Below, one piece after another: positions 31,898-43,767 of a DNA stretch of 64,000 nucleotides. The stretch covers positions 140,087 through 204,086 of the forward strand of contig RQSC01000029.1 in NCBI GenBank assembly GCA_013416795.1, written 5' to 3'. The translations under genes were made by a program, and so were the position numbers. Source of the stretch: Prasinococcaceae sp. CCMP 1430. Its lineage: Eukaryota > Plantae > Prasinodermophyta. Under the pieces are notes generated by a model. That model saw nothing but the letters and a program-made list of their open reading frames with translations, ran no database searches and was not told the DNA's origin. How positions within the stretch are numbered: the stretch's first letter is position 1; the number at the start of each line of letters is the position of its first letter.

Positions 31898-34084
31898 ATG
31901 CCGCGCGCGCGCGGCAAGGATGCGGACGTGGAGCAGCGGCCCACGCTGCAGGCGGTGCTGCTCGCCGACTCGTTCGCGCAGCGCTTTCGCCCCATCACCG
32001 CGGAGCGCCCCAAGGCGCTGCTGCCGCTCGCCAACGTGCCGATGATCGAGTACACGCTCGAGTGGCTGGCGTCGGGCGGCGTTGAGGAGGTCTTCGTGTT
32101 CTGCTGCGCGCACGCCAAGCAGATCGTCTCGTACATCGAGGGCTCGCAGTGGGCGAACACGCCCAAGTTCAAGGTGTCGACCATCGTGTCCTACAACTGC
32201 CTGAGCGCGGGCGAGGCGCTGCGGCTGATCGAGCAGAAGAATGTGGTGCGGTCGGATTTCGTTCTGGTGAGCGCCGACACGGTGAGCACGATCGACCTCG
32301 CCCCCATCGTGGCAGCGCACCGCGAACGGCGAGTGAAGGACAAGCTCGCGGTGATGACGATGTGCGTCAAGCACGCGAGCGCCGCCACCCGCGAGCGCCG
32401 GCTCGGCGAGCCGCCGCTGATGGTTGCGACCGACCCGGAGACGCAGCAAGTGCTCATGTACGACATGGAGACGACCGGGCGGGGCGCGCTCGCCCTCGAG
32501 TCCGAGTTGTTTGGGGCCCGTGACGCGGTGGAGGTGCACGCCGACATCGTGGACTGCCACATCGACATCTGTGCGCCTGAGGTGCTCATGCTCTTCACCG
32601 ACAACTTCGACTTTCAGCAGATCCGCAGTGACTTCGTGCGTGGCCTGCTGAGCGACGAAGTGCTGGGCAACAAGATCTTCCTAGCAGACGTGGGCAACCA
32701 GTACTCCTTGCGCGTGTCCAACCTGCGCGCTTACGCAGCGGCCTCGCAGGACATCATGCAGCGCTGGAGCTACCCGTACGTGCCCGACGCCAATCTGCTG
32801 CACTGCGAGGCCGGCGATGCGGGGGCCACCACCTACAGCTACGTGCGCGGCAACGTGTACCGGGAGAGCGGCGTTATAGTTCCGCGCAGTGCGCGACTCG
32901 GGGAGGACATCGTCATCGGCGCGGGCACCTCGCTGGGTGAGCGCTGCGTCGTGGAGTCATCGGTGATTGGTCGCGATTGCGTCATCGGCGAGGGGGCCGT
33001 CCTGACCAATTGCTACGTGCACAACGGTGCCCGCGTGCGCGCTGGGGCGAGGCTGTCGCACTGCATGGTGTGCGAGGGGGCCACGGTGGGTGAGAATGTG
33101 ACGGTGGGGGAGGGCTCGATCCTCAGCATTGGGGTGGTCATCGCGGATGGCTTTACGCTGCTGCCGCACTCGCGCGTGAGCTGCTTTCGGCAGCCCGACG
33201 ACGAGGACGGCACCGACGACGAGATGGAGGACGCGGTGTCGCGCGAGATACGTGGCGGCGGCGGCGTAGATGACGGCGGCATGCAGGGAAGCGCCGGCAC
33301 GGAGAGTGCGAGCGAGGTGGGGGCTGGGGGGCGGGGGCTGCTGTGGAAGGTCGACCAGGAGGCTGCCTTCGCAAGCCTTGCTCCGCCGCCGCAGCGCTCC
33401 TTGGTGGACGTCGCCGACGAGGAGCGCTGCGACACGAGCGACGAGGAGGGCGGGGCAGGTTTCGGCGACGACGACGAGGATGAATCGGATGTCGAGTCAG
33501 ACGACGAGGACGCGCTCTTCCTCTCGGAGGTTAAGGAGACTTTCGTGCGTGGTGTTGAGCAGTCCCTGTCCGACGACAACGTGGTGCTCGAGGTGGGCGC
33601 GCTGCGGCTGGCGTACAATAAGACGTGGGCAGACTGTGCTGGCGGCGTGCTACACGCCATCCTGGACATGGCGTGCGCGCAGGTACCGCCAGGGGGAGCC
33701 AACATGGATATGCTGCGCGCACTCAAGCTTGTCTTCAGCAAGTGGGGCCGCCAGCTCAAGAAGTTCGTCATGTCGGAGGACGACGAGGTTGAAATGCTGC
33801 TGGTGGTCGAGGAGTATTGTGACGCGGAGTCGGAGCGCGTGGCGGCGAGCAGCGGCCCGCCGGGCATCACCGTGGGCGGGGTGTTCGCGCAAATGCTCAA
33901 GCTTATGTACGACGACGATTTGTTCCCCGTTAGCGAGGAGGCCATCCTCGCATGGGCGGACGAAAAGGCGGGTGCTGACGAGGAAGATAAGCGCTACGTC
34001 AACAAGGCGATGCCCTTTATCAAGTGGCTGCAGGAAGCGGAGGAGGAGTCCAGCGAGGAGGACTCTGAGGAGGAGAGCGACTGA
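31898..34084 (+). CDS. EIF2B5: Translation initiation factor eIF2B epsilon subunit
   Basis: LQAVLLADSFAQRFRPITAERPKALLPLANVPMIEYTLEWL; FTDNFD; left-handed beta-helix hexapeptide repeats; W2 domain (EEAILAWADE...PFIKWLQEAEEES). Confidence 0.95.
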   Translation: MPRARGKDADVEQRPTLQAVLLADSFAQRFRPITAERPKALLPLANVPMIEYTLEWLASGGVEEVFVFCCAHAKQIVSYIEGSQWANTPKFKVSTIVSYNCLSAGEALRLIEQKNVVRSDFVLVSADTVSTIDLAPIVAAHRERRVKDKLAVMTMCVKHASAATRERRLGEPPLMVATDPETQQVLMYDMETTGRGALALESELFGARDAVEVHADIVDCHIDICAPEVLMLFTDNFDFQQIRSDFVRGLLSDEVLGNKIFLADVGNQYSLRVSNLRAYAAASQDIMQRWSYPYVPDANLLHCEAGDAGATTYSYVRGNVYRESGVIVPRSARLGEDIVIGAGTSLGERCVVESSVIGRDCVIGEGAVLTNCYVHNGARVRAGARLSHCMVCEGATVGENVTVGEGSILSIGVVIADGFTLLPHSRVSCFRQPDDEDGTDDEMEDAVSREIRGGGGVDDGGMQGSAGTESASEVGAGGRGLLWKVDQEAAFASLAPPPQRSLVDVADEERCDTSDEEGGAGFGDDDEDESDVESDDEDALFLSEVKETFVRGVEQSLSDDNVVLEVGALRLAYNKTWADCAGGVLHAILDMACAQVPPGGANMDMLRALKLVFSKWGRQLKKFVMSEDDEVEMLLVVEEYCDAESERVAASSGPPGITVGGVFAQMLKLMYDDDLFPVSEEAILAWADEKAGADEEDKRYVNKAMPFIKWLQEAEEESSEEDSEEESD

Positions 34085-34385
34085 GAGGCCGCGCTCTCTC
34101 CAGATCGCCACGGCCCAGGGCGCTGGCACTGTCGCAGATTAAAACTCTCAATTGTACCCACCTGAGCCCCCAGACACCCGTGCGGCCGCGCGCGCAACGT
34201 GAGCGTGCGCGCAACGCGAGCGGGGGCGCTCCGAGTCAGTGTCGTCGTCGTGCAAGTGTGGCGCAGGTCGCACCGGCGCCAGCTACCCGCTCGCGTCGAA
34301 ACCCACCGATTCGCAGCATGGCTGGGAGCGAGGTCGAGCTTCGAGTTTCGGGATGTCCTCCTCTGACTTTCCGGAATTTTTGCAG

Positions 34386-37177
34386 ATGTCCGTACGAATA
34401 GACGTCAAAGCGAACGTCTTGTGCACACTGTACGCTGAAAGAAGTGATGCATCCTTTCCATTAGGGTTTAGGGTTCACAGTCGAGGGTGCATGCGCCAGC
34501 CGGCGGGGCGGCGGCCGTCGCGGCGGCTGGCCGCGCGTGCCGCGCTGGCGGCGGCGTGGGCGGTACGCGTGGCGCAGGCGGCGCGGGCGGCGCGGGCGGC
34601 CAGAAGCGCAAGAAGGGCGGCGGCGGGACTTTCGACGCCATGGGCCTCCTGCCAGACGTGCTGCGCGGCGTGAAGCGCAAGGGTTACCGGCTGCCGACGC
34701 CCATCCAGCGCAAGGCCATCCCACCGGTGCTGATGGGGCGCGACGTCGTTGCGATGGCGCGCACGGGCAGCGGCAAGACGGCGGCGTTCGTGGTGCCCAT
34801 GCTGCAGCGGCTGCGCGAGCGCGACTCGAGCGCGTCGACGCGCGCGCTCATCCTCTCGCCGACGCGCGAGCTCGCGCTACAGACGCACAAAGTGTGCAAG
34901 GAGCTCGGGCGCTACTTGAGCCTGCACTACACGCTGGTGGTGGGCGGCGACGCGCTCGAGGCGCAGTTCGCAGCCATCGAGGCGTCGCCAGACGTCATCG
35001 TGGCGACGCCCGGCCGCTTGCTACACCACCTGAGCGAGATGGAGGGCTTCAGCTTGCGTTCTGTGGAGTACTGCGTGCTCGACGAGGCCGACCGCTGCTT
35101 TGAGATGGGCTTTCGTGAGCAGATCAGCGTCATCATGGGTGGCCTCTCGCCGGCACGCCAGACGCTGCTTTTTAGCGCCACCATGCCCAAGCTCCTGGCC
35201 GAATTTGCGTCGGCTGGCCTGCGCGAGCCCGCGCTCATCCGCCTGGACAAAGACAACAAGCTCAGCCCCGATCTGCACCTCGAATTTGTGCTCGTGCGCG
35301 AGGCCGACAAGCCCGCCGCGCTGCTGCACATGCTGCAGAGCGTCGTACCTTCCGACCAGCAGACGCTCGTCTTCCTGCCCACCAAGCACACGTGTGAGTA
35401 CCTTGCGGAGCTGCTCCTCTTCCATGGCGTTGAGCCCAGCGTCGTATACGGCGCGATGGACCAGACCGCGCGCAAGATCCAGGTGGCGCGCTTCAGGGCG
35501 AAGCGCACATCGATTCTGCTCACCACCGATGTGGCCGCACGCGGCATCGACATTCCGCTGCTCGACAACGTGGTGAATTACGACACGCCAGGCACGGCCA
35601 AGCTCTTCGTCCACCGTGCGGGGCGCGCCGCGCGTGCCGGCCGCGCGGGCACGGCATACACTTTTGGCTGCCCCGATGAAGTGCCCTACGTCGTGGACCT
35701 GCACCTTTTCCTGGGGCGCAAGCTCGTCGCTGCGGGCTCGGGCGCCGTGGGTGCGGCGGAGCCCTCTACGGACGAGCGTTCCGTGCTAGGCCGCGTGCCA
35801 CAGGCGGTTCTTGACGCCGCTAACGAGCAGGTGCGCGCCGCCTCCGCGCAGAGCAACACCGTCGCAGCGCTCGTGCAGCCCGCGGCCAGGGCGCTCAAGC
35901 TGTACCTCAAGACGCGCCCCAGTGCGAGCGCAGAGTCTGCCAGGCGTGCCAAGCCGCTCAAGGACGCGGGACTGCAGCCCATGTTCCTCCAAAGCGCAGC
36001 CGCAGTGGATGCGGGTGCGGGTGCGGGCACCATTGGTGGCGGTGCGGAAGGCGCGCGCGCGTACTATGAGCAGATGGCGAGCGCCGAGGCCGAAGCGGAG
36101 AGGATGCGGGCGGCCATGCGCAACTTCCGCCCAAACCAGACGGTGCTCGAGACCCGCCATCTGGGCGCCAACTCGAAGGCGCGCGAGGCTGCTGCAGAGG
36201 TGATGGCGCGCAAGCGCGAGAGCGATCAGCTCGCCATCCGCAAGACAGCCGAGCAGAACGCGCGCGCCAGGAAGAATGCCCGGGAGAGCGCAGACTACCG
36301 CGACGAGATCATTGGTGGCGGCGGAGAAGGTGGCTGCACCAGCTCTGACGATGATGGTGGGAGTGAAGACCAGCGGAATGGCGGCGCCGATAGTGACGCC
36401 GAGCATGGCGCCGGTCTGGGTGACGGCAGCGACGCAAGCGACGAAAGCGGAAGCGATGTGGAGGCGGACGGCGACGACGACGACGACAGCGATGATGGGG
36501 CCAGGCGCCCAAGCAAGCGCTCGCGCCGCGCCACCGCCAAGCCGGGCTCGATTCGCAGCGGCGGAAGGGTAGCCGGCGCGAGCGGCCCGGTCGCCAGTGG
36601 CGCGTACCGCGACGCCGCGTTCTACGTGCCCAGCTTGCCGCAGCGCGAGTACTACGAGGAAGCCGGATATGCCAACGGCGAGGAGCGTGGCGGGGGCGAA
36701 TCGCTAGGCACGTCGCGCATTGCTGACGCAGTCCTCGACCTGACTGCCGATGATGCCATCGGCATGAAGGCACAGAAAACCAACTACCACTGGGATAGGA
36801 AAAACAAGAAGTACGTCAAGGTGCACGCCGGTGAAAAGCTGAGCTTCAAGGGTGGCCAGATTAAGGTGACCAACGAGGCCGGGCGCAAGACCAAGTCGGG
36901 CGTGGCCAAGAAGAGCATCTACCAACAGTGGAAGGCGCGCAACAAGGGTGCCGGCGCCGCGCACGGCGGTGCGGGCGCGAGTGGCAAGAAGGGCGGCCGC
37001 GCGCCAAACGCGGACGCCAGGGATGAGCTACGCACTCCCCAGCAGGTGCAGAAGGCGCGCGACAAGAAGAAACGCATGGGCGAGCGTGCGCGCGGAGGTG
37101 GAGGTGGCCGAGGCGGGGGGCGCGGTGGGGGAGGGCGCGGCGGTGGGCGCAGCGGAGGCGGCCGCGGGAGGCGGTAA
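34386..37177 (+). CDS. DDX54: DEAD-box RNA helicase DBP10/DDX54 (60S biogenesis); probable 6-nt first coding exon 34386-34391 plus exon 34481-37177
   Basis: PTPIQRKAIP, AMARTGSGKT, PTRELA, DEAD, SAT, FVHRAGR; DBP10CT-like WDRKNKKYV and C-terminal DELRTPQQVQKAR. The ORF's listed start (34487) is GTG and the first in-frame ATG (34640) lies inside the Q-motif region; ATGTCC|GTACGA...CACAG| joins in phase 0. Confidence 0.9.
34461..34475 (-). promoter_or_regulatory. Telo-box-like element (TTAGGGTTTAGGGTT; AACCCTAAACCCTAA on minus) in the first intron of DDX54
   Basis: Two plant-type telomeric TTTAGGG units. Telo-boxes (AAACCCTA) are known near ribosome-biogenesis and translation genes in plants. 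Confidence 0.55.
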
Positions 37178-37565
37178 CGTGTGCCGGCGTATGTTAATAA
37201 CAGAGGGATCGCCGTTCACGAGCATGACATCATGTGTGTGCCTGTGTGGCGCGGCGGCCGCGCCTCCGCCACACGCGCGCCACGCTGGACCTGCGCGCCC
37301 GCGTGGCCTGCTGCTGCGCGCCACACCGGTGCTGCGCCGTCATCGTCGCACACGCGCACCGTGTTGTCGACCGAGCACGTCTGTCGGTGATCCAATGGTC
37401 GTAACAACCGGGGGCGCACATGCAGTCGCCACCCGTCCCTCCGCGGCCCACCAGCCAGCCAGCGCTGCGGCCCGCCTGTCCGTCAGTCGGGGAACCGAGA
37501 TGCGCCGCTCTCCGGCTGGAGTCCCCTGACCCGTCCGACCGACCATCCGCTCGACGGGATGCTTT

Positions 37566-37599
37566 GATTGGTTGGTTGATTGGTTGATTGGTTGATTGG
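37566..37599 (-). promoter_or_regulatory. Cluster of four CCAAT boxes (GATTGGTT microrepeat) upstream of chorismate synthase
   Basis: ATTGG at 37567, 37579, 37587 and 37595. Confidence 0.4.
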
Positions 37600-38068
37600 C
37601 CCCCGAGCCCGAACCGAACTGAACCGACTCCGTCGGTGCGCTGCTCGGCTTTGATCACACGTTGGTTCCCAAGCGGATGCGATGTGATCACAATGTGCTG
37701 CGCTGCGCCGCCCCCCTTTCGGCCCCCTTCCCGGCCGGATCGCGCCCCGGATCGGCGGCCGCGCGCGCATGCGCTCAATCCGGAATCCCTCGTGTTAGTT
37801 CGGGATTCCGCCAACCAACAGCGGGCGTCGAGCGAGGTTGTAAGCCATTCATGTGTTGGGCGCCTCGGGGTTCCGCGCTTGGGGTCTTTGCCGGTGCGTA
37901 TCCGCGGCAGGTTCCGAAGTCGGAGGAGGAGCGGGGTTGCGGGCGGCGGCCCACGGCGGCGGCGGCGAGGGCGAGTTCGAGTCGCTGCCTGAGTTCGACG
38001 TGCTGCCACAAGAGGCGTGGGTGCGTTCCGCCGGACGCGCGCGGGGCGCGCGCAGGCGCGTCGCGGCG

Positions 38069-39570
38069 ATGGCGGGCAGCTCGACCGGCCACGCGTTCCG
38101 CGTGACGACGTTCGGCGAGTCGCATGGAAAGGGCGTCGGCTGCATCATCGACGGCGTGCCCCCCAGGCTGCCCATCTCCGAGGAGGACCTGCAGTACGAG
38201 CTTGACAGGCGCAGGCCCGGACAGGTATGAGAGCGGCGGCGCGGACGCTGCGGGGGATGGGATCCTGAGATGCACCTCCACCGCGCTTCCCTGCTCCTGA
38301 CTTCGTCCACGGGCCCGACCACGCGCGCGCGCGCGTGCCCCTCCCCCAACCCCTCCCCCATCCCGCTCCACATGCGCACGCGCTTGCATGTTGGCGCGCT
38401 CCCCTTTGCATGGATGCTGACCCGCACCCGCCACTCGCCCGCCGCGCCGCGCCGCGCCGCGCCATTGCGGGCGCCCGGCAGTCGCGCATCACTACCCCCC
38501 GCAACGAGGCCGACAAAGCGGAGATCCTGAGCGGTGTGCTCGATGGCGTGACGCTGGGCACGCCCATTGCCGTGCTCGTGCGCAACAAGGACCAGCGCTC
38601 GAAGGACTACAGCGAGGTGGTGGTGGCGTACCGCCCGTCGCACGCGGACGCCACGTACGACTTCAAGTACGGCGTGCGCGCGGCGGCCGGCGGGGGTCGC
38701 TCGAGCGCGCGGGAGACCATCGGACGCGTCGCCGCGGGTGCCGTGGCCAAGGCGCTCCTCAAGGCTTTCGGCGTGGAGATCGTGGGCTGGGTGAGCCAGG
38801 TGAAGGACGTTGAGTGCGACGTGGACCCGTCGACCGTGACCATGGAGCAGGTTGAGTCCAACATCGCGCGCTGCCCTGATCCCGAGATCGCCGAGCAAAT
38901 GGTCGCCGCGATTGACGGCGTTCGCAAGAAGGGCAACTCGACGGGCGGCACCGTGACGTGCGTCGCGCGTCGCGTGCCGCGCGGCCTCGGGCAGCCCGTC
39001 TTTGACAAGCTCGAGGCGGAGCTGGCCAAGGCGATGATGAGCCTCCCGGCCACCAAGGGCTTCGAGATCGGCTCGGGCTTCAGCGGCGTGTCCATGACTG
39101 GCATCGAGCACAACGACGAGTTCACGCTCGACCCGGAGGGCAACATCCGCACGCGCACCAACCGCTCTGGTGGCATCCAGGGCGGCATCTCCAACGGCGA
39201 GGACATCGTCTTCAAGGTTGCGTTTAAGCCGACCTCCACCATCGCCAAGAAGCAGAACACTGTCACGCGCGACGGCGTCGAGGAGCAGCTGCGCGCGCGC
39301 GGTCGCCACGACCCCTGCGTGGTGCCGCGCGCGGTCCCGATGGTCGAGAGCATGGCCGCGTTGGTGCTCGCGGACCACCTGATGCAGCACTACGCCCAGT
39401 GCTGCCTGCTGCCCGGGAGCGAGCTGGTCAACCTCGAGGGGCCGGTGGAGGTGGAGGACGTCACTTCCAAGCACTACGAGGCGATGGCGGCGCGTAAGGC
39501 GGAGGAGGACGCGCAGGCCAAGGCCGACGCGGAGAAGGGGGAGGAGTGGGGCGCCGCGGCCGCGCCCTGA
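38069..39570 (+). CDS. aroC: Chorismate synthase; exons 38069-38224 and 38482-39570; transit-peptide part upstream unresolved
   Basis: [19 protein letters not shown]|[43 protein letters not shown] and [13 protein letters not shown]. Intron 38225-38481 (GTATGA..GGCAG). Confidence 0.95.
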
Positions 39571-39921
39571 GAGAGCGCGATCCGCCCCGTGTACGGTGTA
39601 CGTGTAATTACGACGAAAAAGCAGATCTTTTGAGTGCTGTGCGATGGCGCGCGCGAACGCGCGCCGCGCGCGGAAAAAATACAGGAGCTGCAGCGCGCGC
39701 AGGTCCGCAGCGCGCCCCGTGGGCGCGGGGTGGAGGCCGGGGCGGCATCACTCGGCGAGCGAGTGGCGACGGCGGTCGTGCCGGCGTGCTGGGCGGACGG
39801 CGAGGAGCGCCCCGGCGCGTGCGCAAGCGGCAGAGCGCGTGTGGGCCCGCGGCCTGCGGCGCGTTCCTGCGCCCGGACAGGCCGCGACGCCCATTTTCGA
39901 GGCGCTTGGAGGGATCTCGAC

Positions 39922-41833
39922 ATGGCCGGCGCTGCGCGCATTGTCGACAAGGTGCCTATGCCCGCTGCGCCCCTCCCCGAGGGCGAGCACAGTGCCGTCG
40001 CGCTGGCCAAGGCACGGACTGGCCTGCGCGAGGTGTTTGGTGCCGTGCGGCTGCCAGATCTGCTCGAGGCCCTTGGCCCGCGGCGGCTCGCAATCCTGCG
40101 CGGAGATTGCGCCACAGTAGAGGGTGCGCTCCGCATCATGGCGATGCGCAAGCTCCTCGCCGTGCCCGTTGTCGAGCCGCGAGGTGTAAGGGAGGAGGCG
40201 GGTGCTGCCACCGCAGGTGGTGGCAGCGACAGCGCTGCGGGCACTGTGGCCCAGACCATTGTCCCGATGATCCCGGGTGGTGAAAAATCTGACACCACCA
40301 CCCCACTGAGCTCGTCCGCGCCAGCGGCCTCGACCTCGCCGCTGCTCACGGCCGTCGGCGAGGACCCCGCTGCAGTTGGTGGTGCGATCTCCCCGGGCAC
40401 CGCGCAAATCAGGCGCGCCTTCCTGTGGAACCAGTCGGACGCGGTCGGTGAGGTATTGGGATTCGTGGGCGTCGGCGACATCATTGCGTCCTTCACCAAG
40501 CAGTTGGACGAGAGCCTCGGCCTGAAGCTGGACACGCAGCCGCAACTTCAGATGCTGTCGCTCATGAAATCGCTCGAGCGTGCCGGCAAGTATTTCGGCT
40601 CGACCTCGATCAGCACGCTGGTGGACGACAGAAGCACTGGGCTTTTCACCTCGGGCGACGGCGACTTCTTGCTGAGCTCGCAGCTCGAAGACCTGAGCGT
40701 GCTGGACGTCATCTGTCGAGGCTTCGTCAAGCAACCCGCAAACTCGGACGACGCGAGCCTGCGCGCCTTCACGTCGCAGGCAGAGACCGTTCACCGCCTC
40801 GTGGTCGTGGACGCCGGCCATCCCGCCGAGGGGGGCAAGCTCACAGCGGTGTTCAGTCAGACCGACTGCATCCGCTGGCTTTGCGGGCCCGTCGCGCTCT
40901 CGGAGAGTACCGAGACCCACGACACGCTGCCGGACACTGTCCGCGAGGCACTAAGCAACGCCCGGGTAAAGGATCTGCCAGGCTGGGACGACGGCAAGCA
41001 TGCTACGCCGGCAATCTGCGTGCCTGCGTCTACGCTGGCTATCCAGGCGGTGCACGAGATGCTGCGCCACGGCCTTCGCGCGCTCGGCGTCGTTGACATG
41101 AAGGGGCGCCTCATCGGCAACTTTTCAAGTGCGTGCGGCGCCGCGCGCAGGTGTGCGTCGAATGTGCATCGGTCTCTGAGCCAATGCTGCTCTTTTCAAT
41201 GCTGCTTGGCGCAACGCAAAGTGTGTGCGTCCAAGAGAATGTTGCGCAAAGGTGCTCGTGCCGACGTCATCCGAAGTGACTCAAGTGCTGACCCACGATC
41301 GCAATGGTGTTGACCATTGCGTTGAGCAACTCAGTGGCGGATTTGCGCGGGATCAAACCCGAGCATCTCGGAGCCATGGCACTTCCAGTAGCCGAGCTTA
41401 TAGCGTGGGAGCACGCGACTGAATATTCTGGGTTCTCCAATAGGATGGATCATCCCTTCGCTCTCTCGCGCAAGGACCGCGTGCCAGGTGCGGAAGTAGG
41501 GCAGGACCTGAAGGTGCGTATGATTTTGGAGGTGCACGCACCCTGTGCGCGACTGCTCCTCGTCATTGTGTTTTGAGCACCTCTACAACTCGCTCGTGAC
41601 TGGCGCGATCGAGTCTGTCGCTGCTGTGCTGAACCACGTGCCCACCCCGCCCACCCACCGCACTCGCGACGCCATTGCGATAGGTGTGCACTCCAGAATC
41701 CTCTTTGCTGGCAGTCCTTCGCAACCTCGCTGCCAACAAGCTGCACCGCCTGTGGGTGCTGGACAGCGAACGCAAGCCACTCGGGGTCGTCTCGACCACC
41801 GACATTATGGAACTGATCGCCGCTGCGGAGTAG
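39922..41833 (+). CDS. CBS-domain protein (SDS23/AMPK-gamma-like); exons 39922-41128, 41335-41513, 41684-41833
   Basis: CBS motifs LLAVPVV, GFVGVGDII, VHRLVVVD, LGVVDMKGRLIGNFS|MADLRG and LHRLWVLDSERKPLGVVSTTDIM. Introns 41129-41334 and 41514-41683 restore the frame. Confidence 0.8.
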
Positions 41834-42025
41834 GGAGCAACGGACACTTGCAGCCCTAGCACAGCCCACTCACTAGACGCACTGCACGTCAACAAAGACG
41901 GACAGTCCATGGGGCTCGCGGCTCTAAAAGTGCTGGTTTATGAAATAGCGCCGTGGCCCTCAGAGCGCCAGCGTCCGCATCGATGCTCTCCTCGCGGCGG
42001 GTGGTAGCGGCGCGGCTGGCCCTGG

Positions 42026-43532
42026 TCATTTGCCCACGCCGAAGAATTTGCGACACTTGTCCACGAGCGTCCTCTTGGTCTTCACCCTCTGGCCTGTTCC
42101 TGCAGCCGCGCTTCCTTCGCCGACGGCGACATTAGAGGCGGGCGACGTTGTTGGGTCGGGCGGGGGCCAGTTCTGTTTGACCAGGTCCAAGTTATAGCCA
42201 CCGGTCCTGAACCACGCGTGCCTGCAGAGCTGCTCTGCGGATGGCCTGCTTGCAAGATCGATCCTGAGCGTGTCCTTGACGAAAGCCAAGCACTCTGACG
42301 AGGCGACGCCAGCCGGGAGGGGCCTATATGCGGCGTTTGAAATGGCCTGTAGGGTGGCCCCGATGGCGAGGTCGCCGCGCGCGGTCCTCTGCTCGAAAGG
42401 ATACAGCCCGCACATGCACACGTACACCAGCACGCCCAGGCTCCACACGTCTACTGCACGACCGTCGTACTTCTTGGAGCCGTGCACTGTAGGCTCTAGG
42501 ACGAGAATCTCCGGAGCCCTGACTCGGCCCACGTTGATGACAGACAAGGGGCGGGGGTCTCCATCCTGTCAGCAGTTTGAACGCAAGGGGCAAAGAGGCG
42601 CGTGCTCGCGAGGTAGCTAAAGTGACGCACATGTAGTCGGGTGTCCCGACGCCCAGTGTGGCACATCCACTCATGGTGACAGCTTTGCTGAGCCCAAAAT
42701 CTATGAGGGCGATGCAGTCCGTTGCCTGATCCACGACGATATTCTCGGCCTTGAGGTCCCTATTTCCCGATCGCATTAGTAGCCAACAAACAAAAGAAGA
42801 GCAGCGCACCCCGCTCGCGGTCAGCGCTCGCGGCGCGAACGCACACCCACGGCGTCGTATCGAAGCTCTAGGCAACAATCAAGGCCAATGAGCGATGTCA
42901 GCACACCAGCCAGGCGACGCGTACCTGTGACAGAGCCCCGCCCTGTGAAGCGCCCTGACCACGTTGCACACCTGCCAGGCGTATCGGCGCGCGCGCGCCT
43001 CTGGGAAGCGCCCGCCCGCTGCATTGAGCGTATCGAGGAGGTCCTTGCCCTCAACCAGGCGGAAAACCACGCATACCGTGGCCCCTCCTTCGATAAACAT
43101 GCCCAACGGTTGCACGACACCGGGGTGATCCACGCGCGTTGCGTTGACTTCGGCCTCGACCACGCGCATCGGCACGTGCTGCTCAAGCACTTTAATCGCC
43201 ACCTTGGCGGGCTGTGCGTGCGTAGACGTGCCCTCGGGCACGGTCGTGTCGATGGCTGCGTACACCGTCGCGGTCGCGCCAGAATTGAGACGGCACGTGA
43301 CGGTGTACCGTCCGCCGGGCCCTATCTTGCTGCCGCGCACGATGCTCTTAAGCGGCCCCCCATGCTGTTGCTGCGATGCTTGGAGGGGCGCAGCAGCGGC
43401 CATCTCATCTGCGACGGTTGCATACTGCTGCGCCTGGAGCTCTGACGCCTCAGGCTCGTCAACAGCCATATCCATGTCCTCCAGCGCGTCATTAATGGTG
43501 TCATCGAGATATTGATCACTGTCGTCCAGCAT
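42026..43532 (-). CDS. Ser/Thr protein kinase, CAMK group (SnRK2-like); exons 43532-42925, 42759-42631, 42518-42026
   Basis: VAIK, HR|DLKAEN, DFG, GTPDYM|APE and YDGRAVDVWSLGV...YPFE. Introns 42760-42924 and 42519-42630 at phase 2. Confidence 0.85.
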
Positions 43533-43767
43533 TTTCGCCCCTCGAGCGGCGCGACGCGCGAGGAGCCCCGCCCAGGCACGCCAGCTCTCCGACGCGGGCC
43601 GGCCCACCCACGGCTCACGCGCTCGTGCGCCGGCGCGCCGGCACTGGCGCGCGCGCCGCCCGCCGCGCGCGCTCTGTCACGGCGCCGCCGAAAAGTCTGT
43701 GGCGCACTGCTGACAGAAACACGTGAAGTTTCAATTGGAATTTACATGGGCCTCGACATTGTACGGA

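Noticed and set aside
34200-34480. Telomerase RNA candidate (minus-strand AACCCTAAACCCTAA as template)
   Set aside because: Its upstream region would be DDX54 coding sequence with no visible USE/TATA promoter. An intronic telo-box is simpler; not fully excluded without a covariance search.
37849-39474. 541-aa minus-strand ORF and many other long overlapping ORFs (e.g. 24480-25697, 49607-50896, 4635-5690)
   Set aside because: Antisense or alternate-frame shadows of real genes; strong GC3 bias suppresses stops, and they carry no recognizable motifs.
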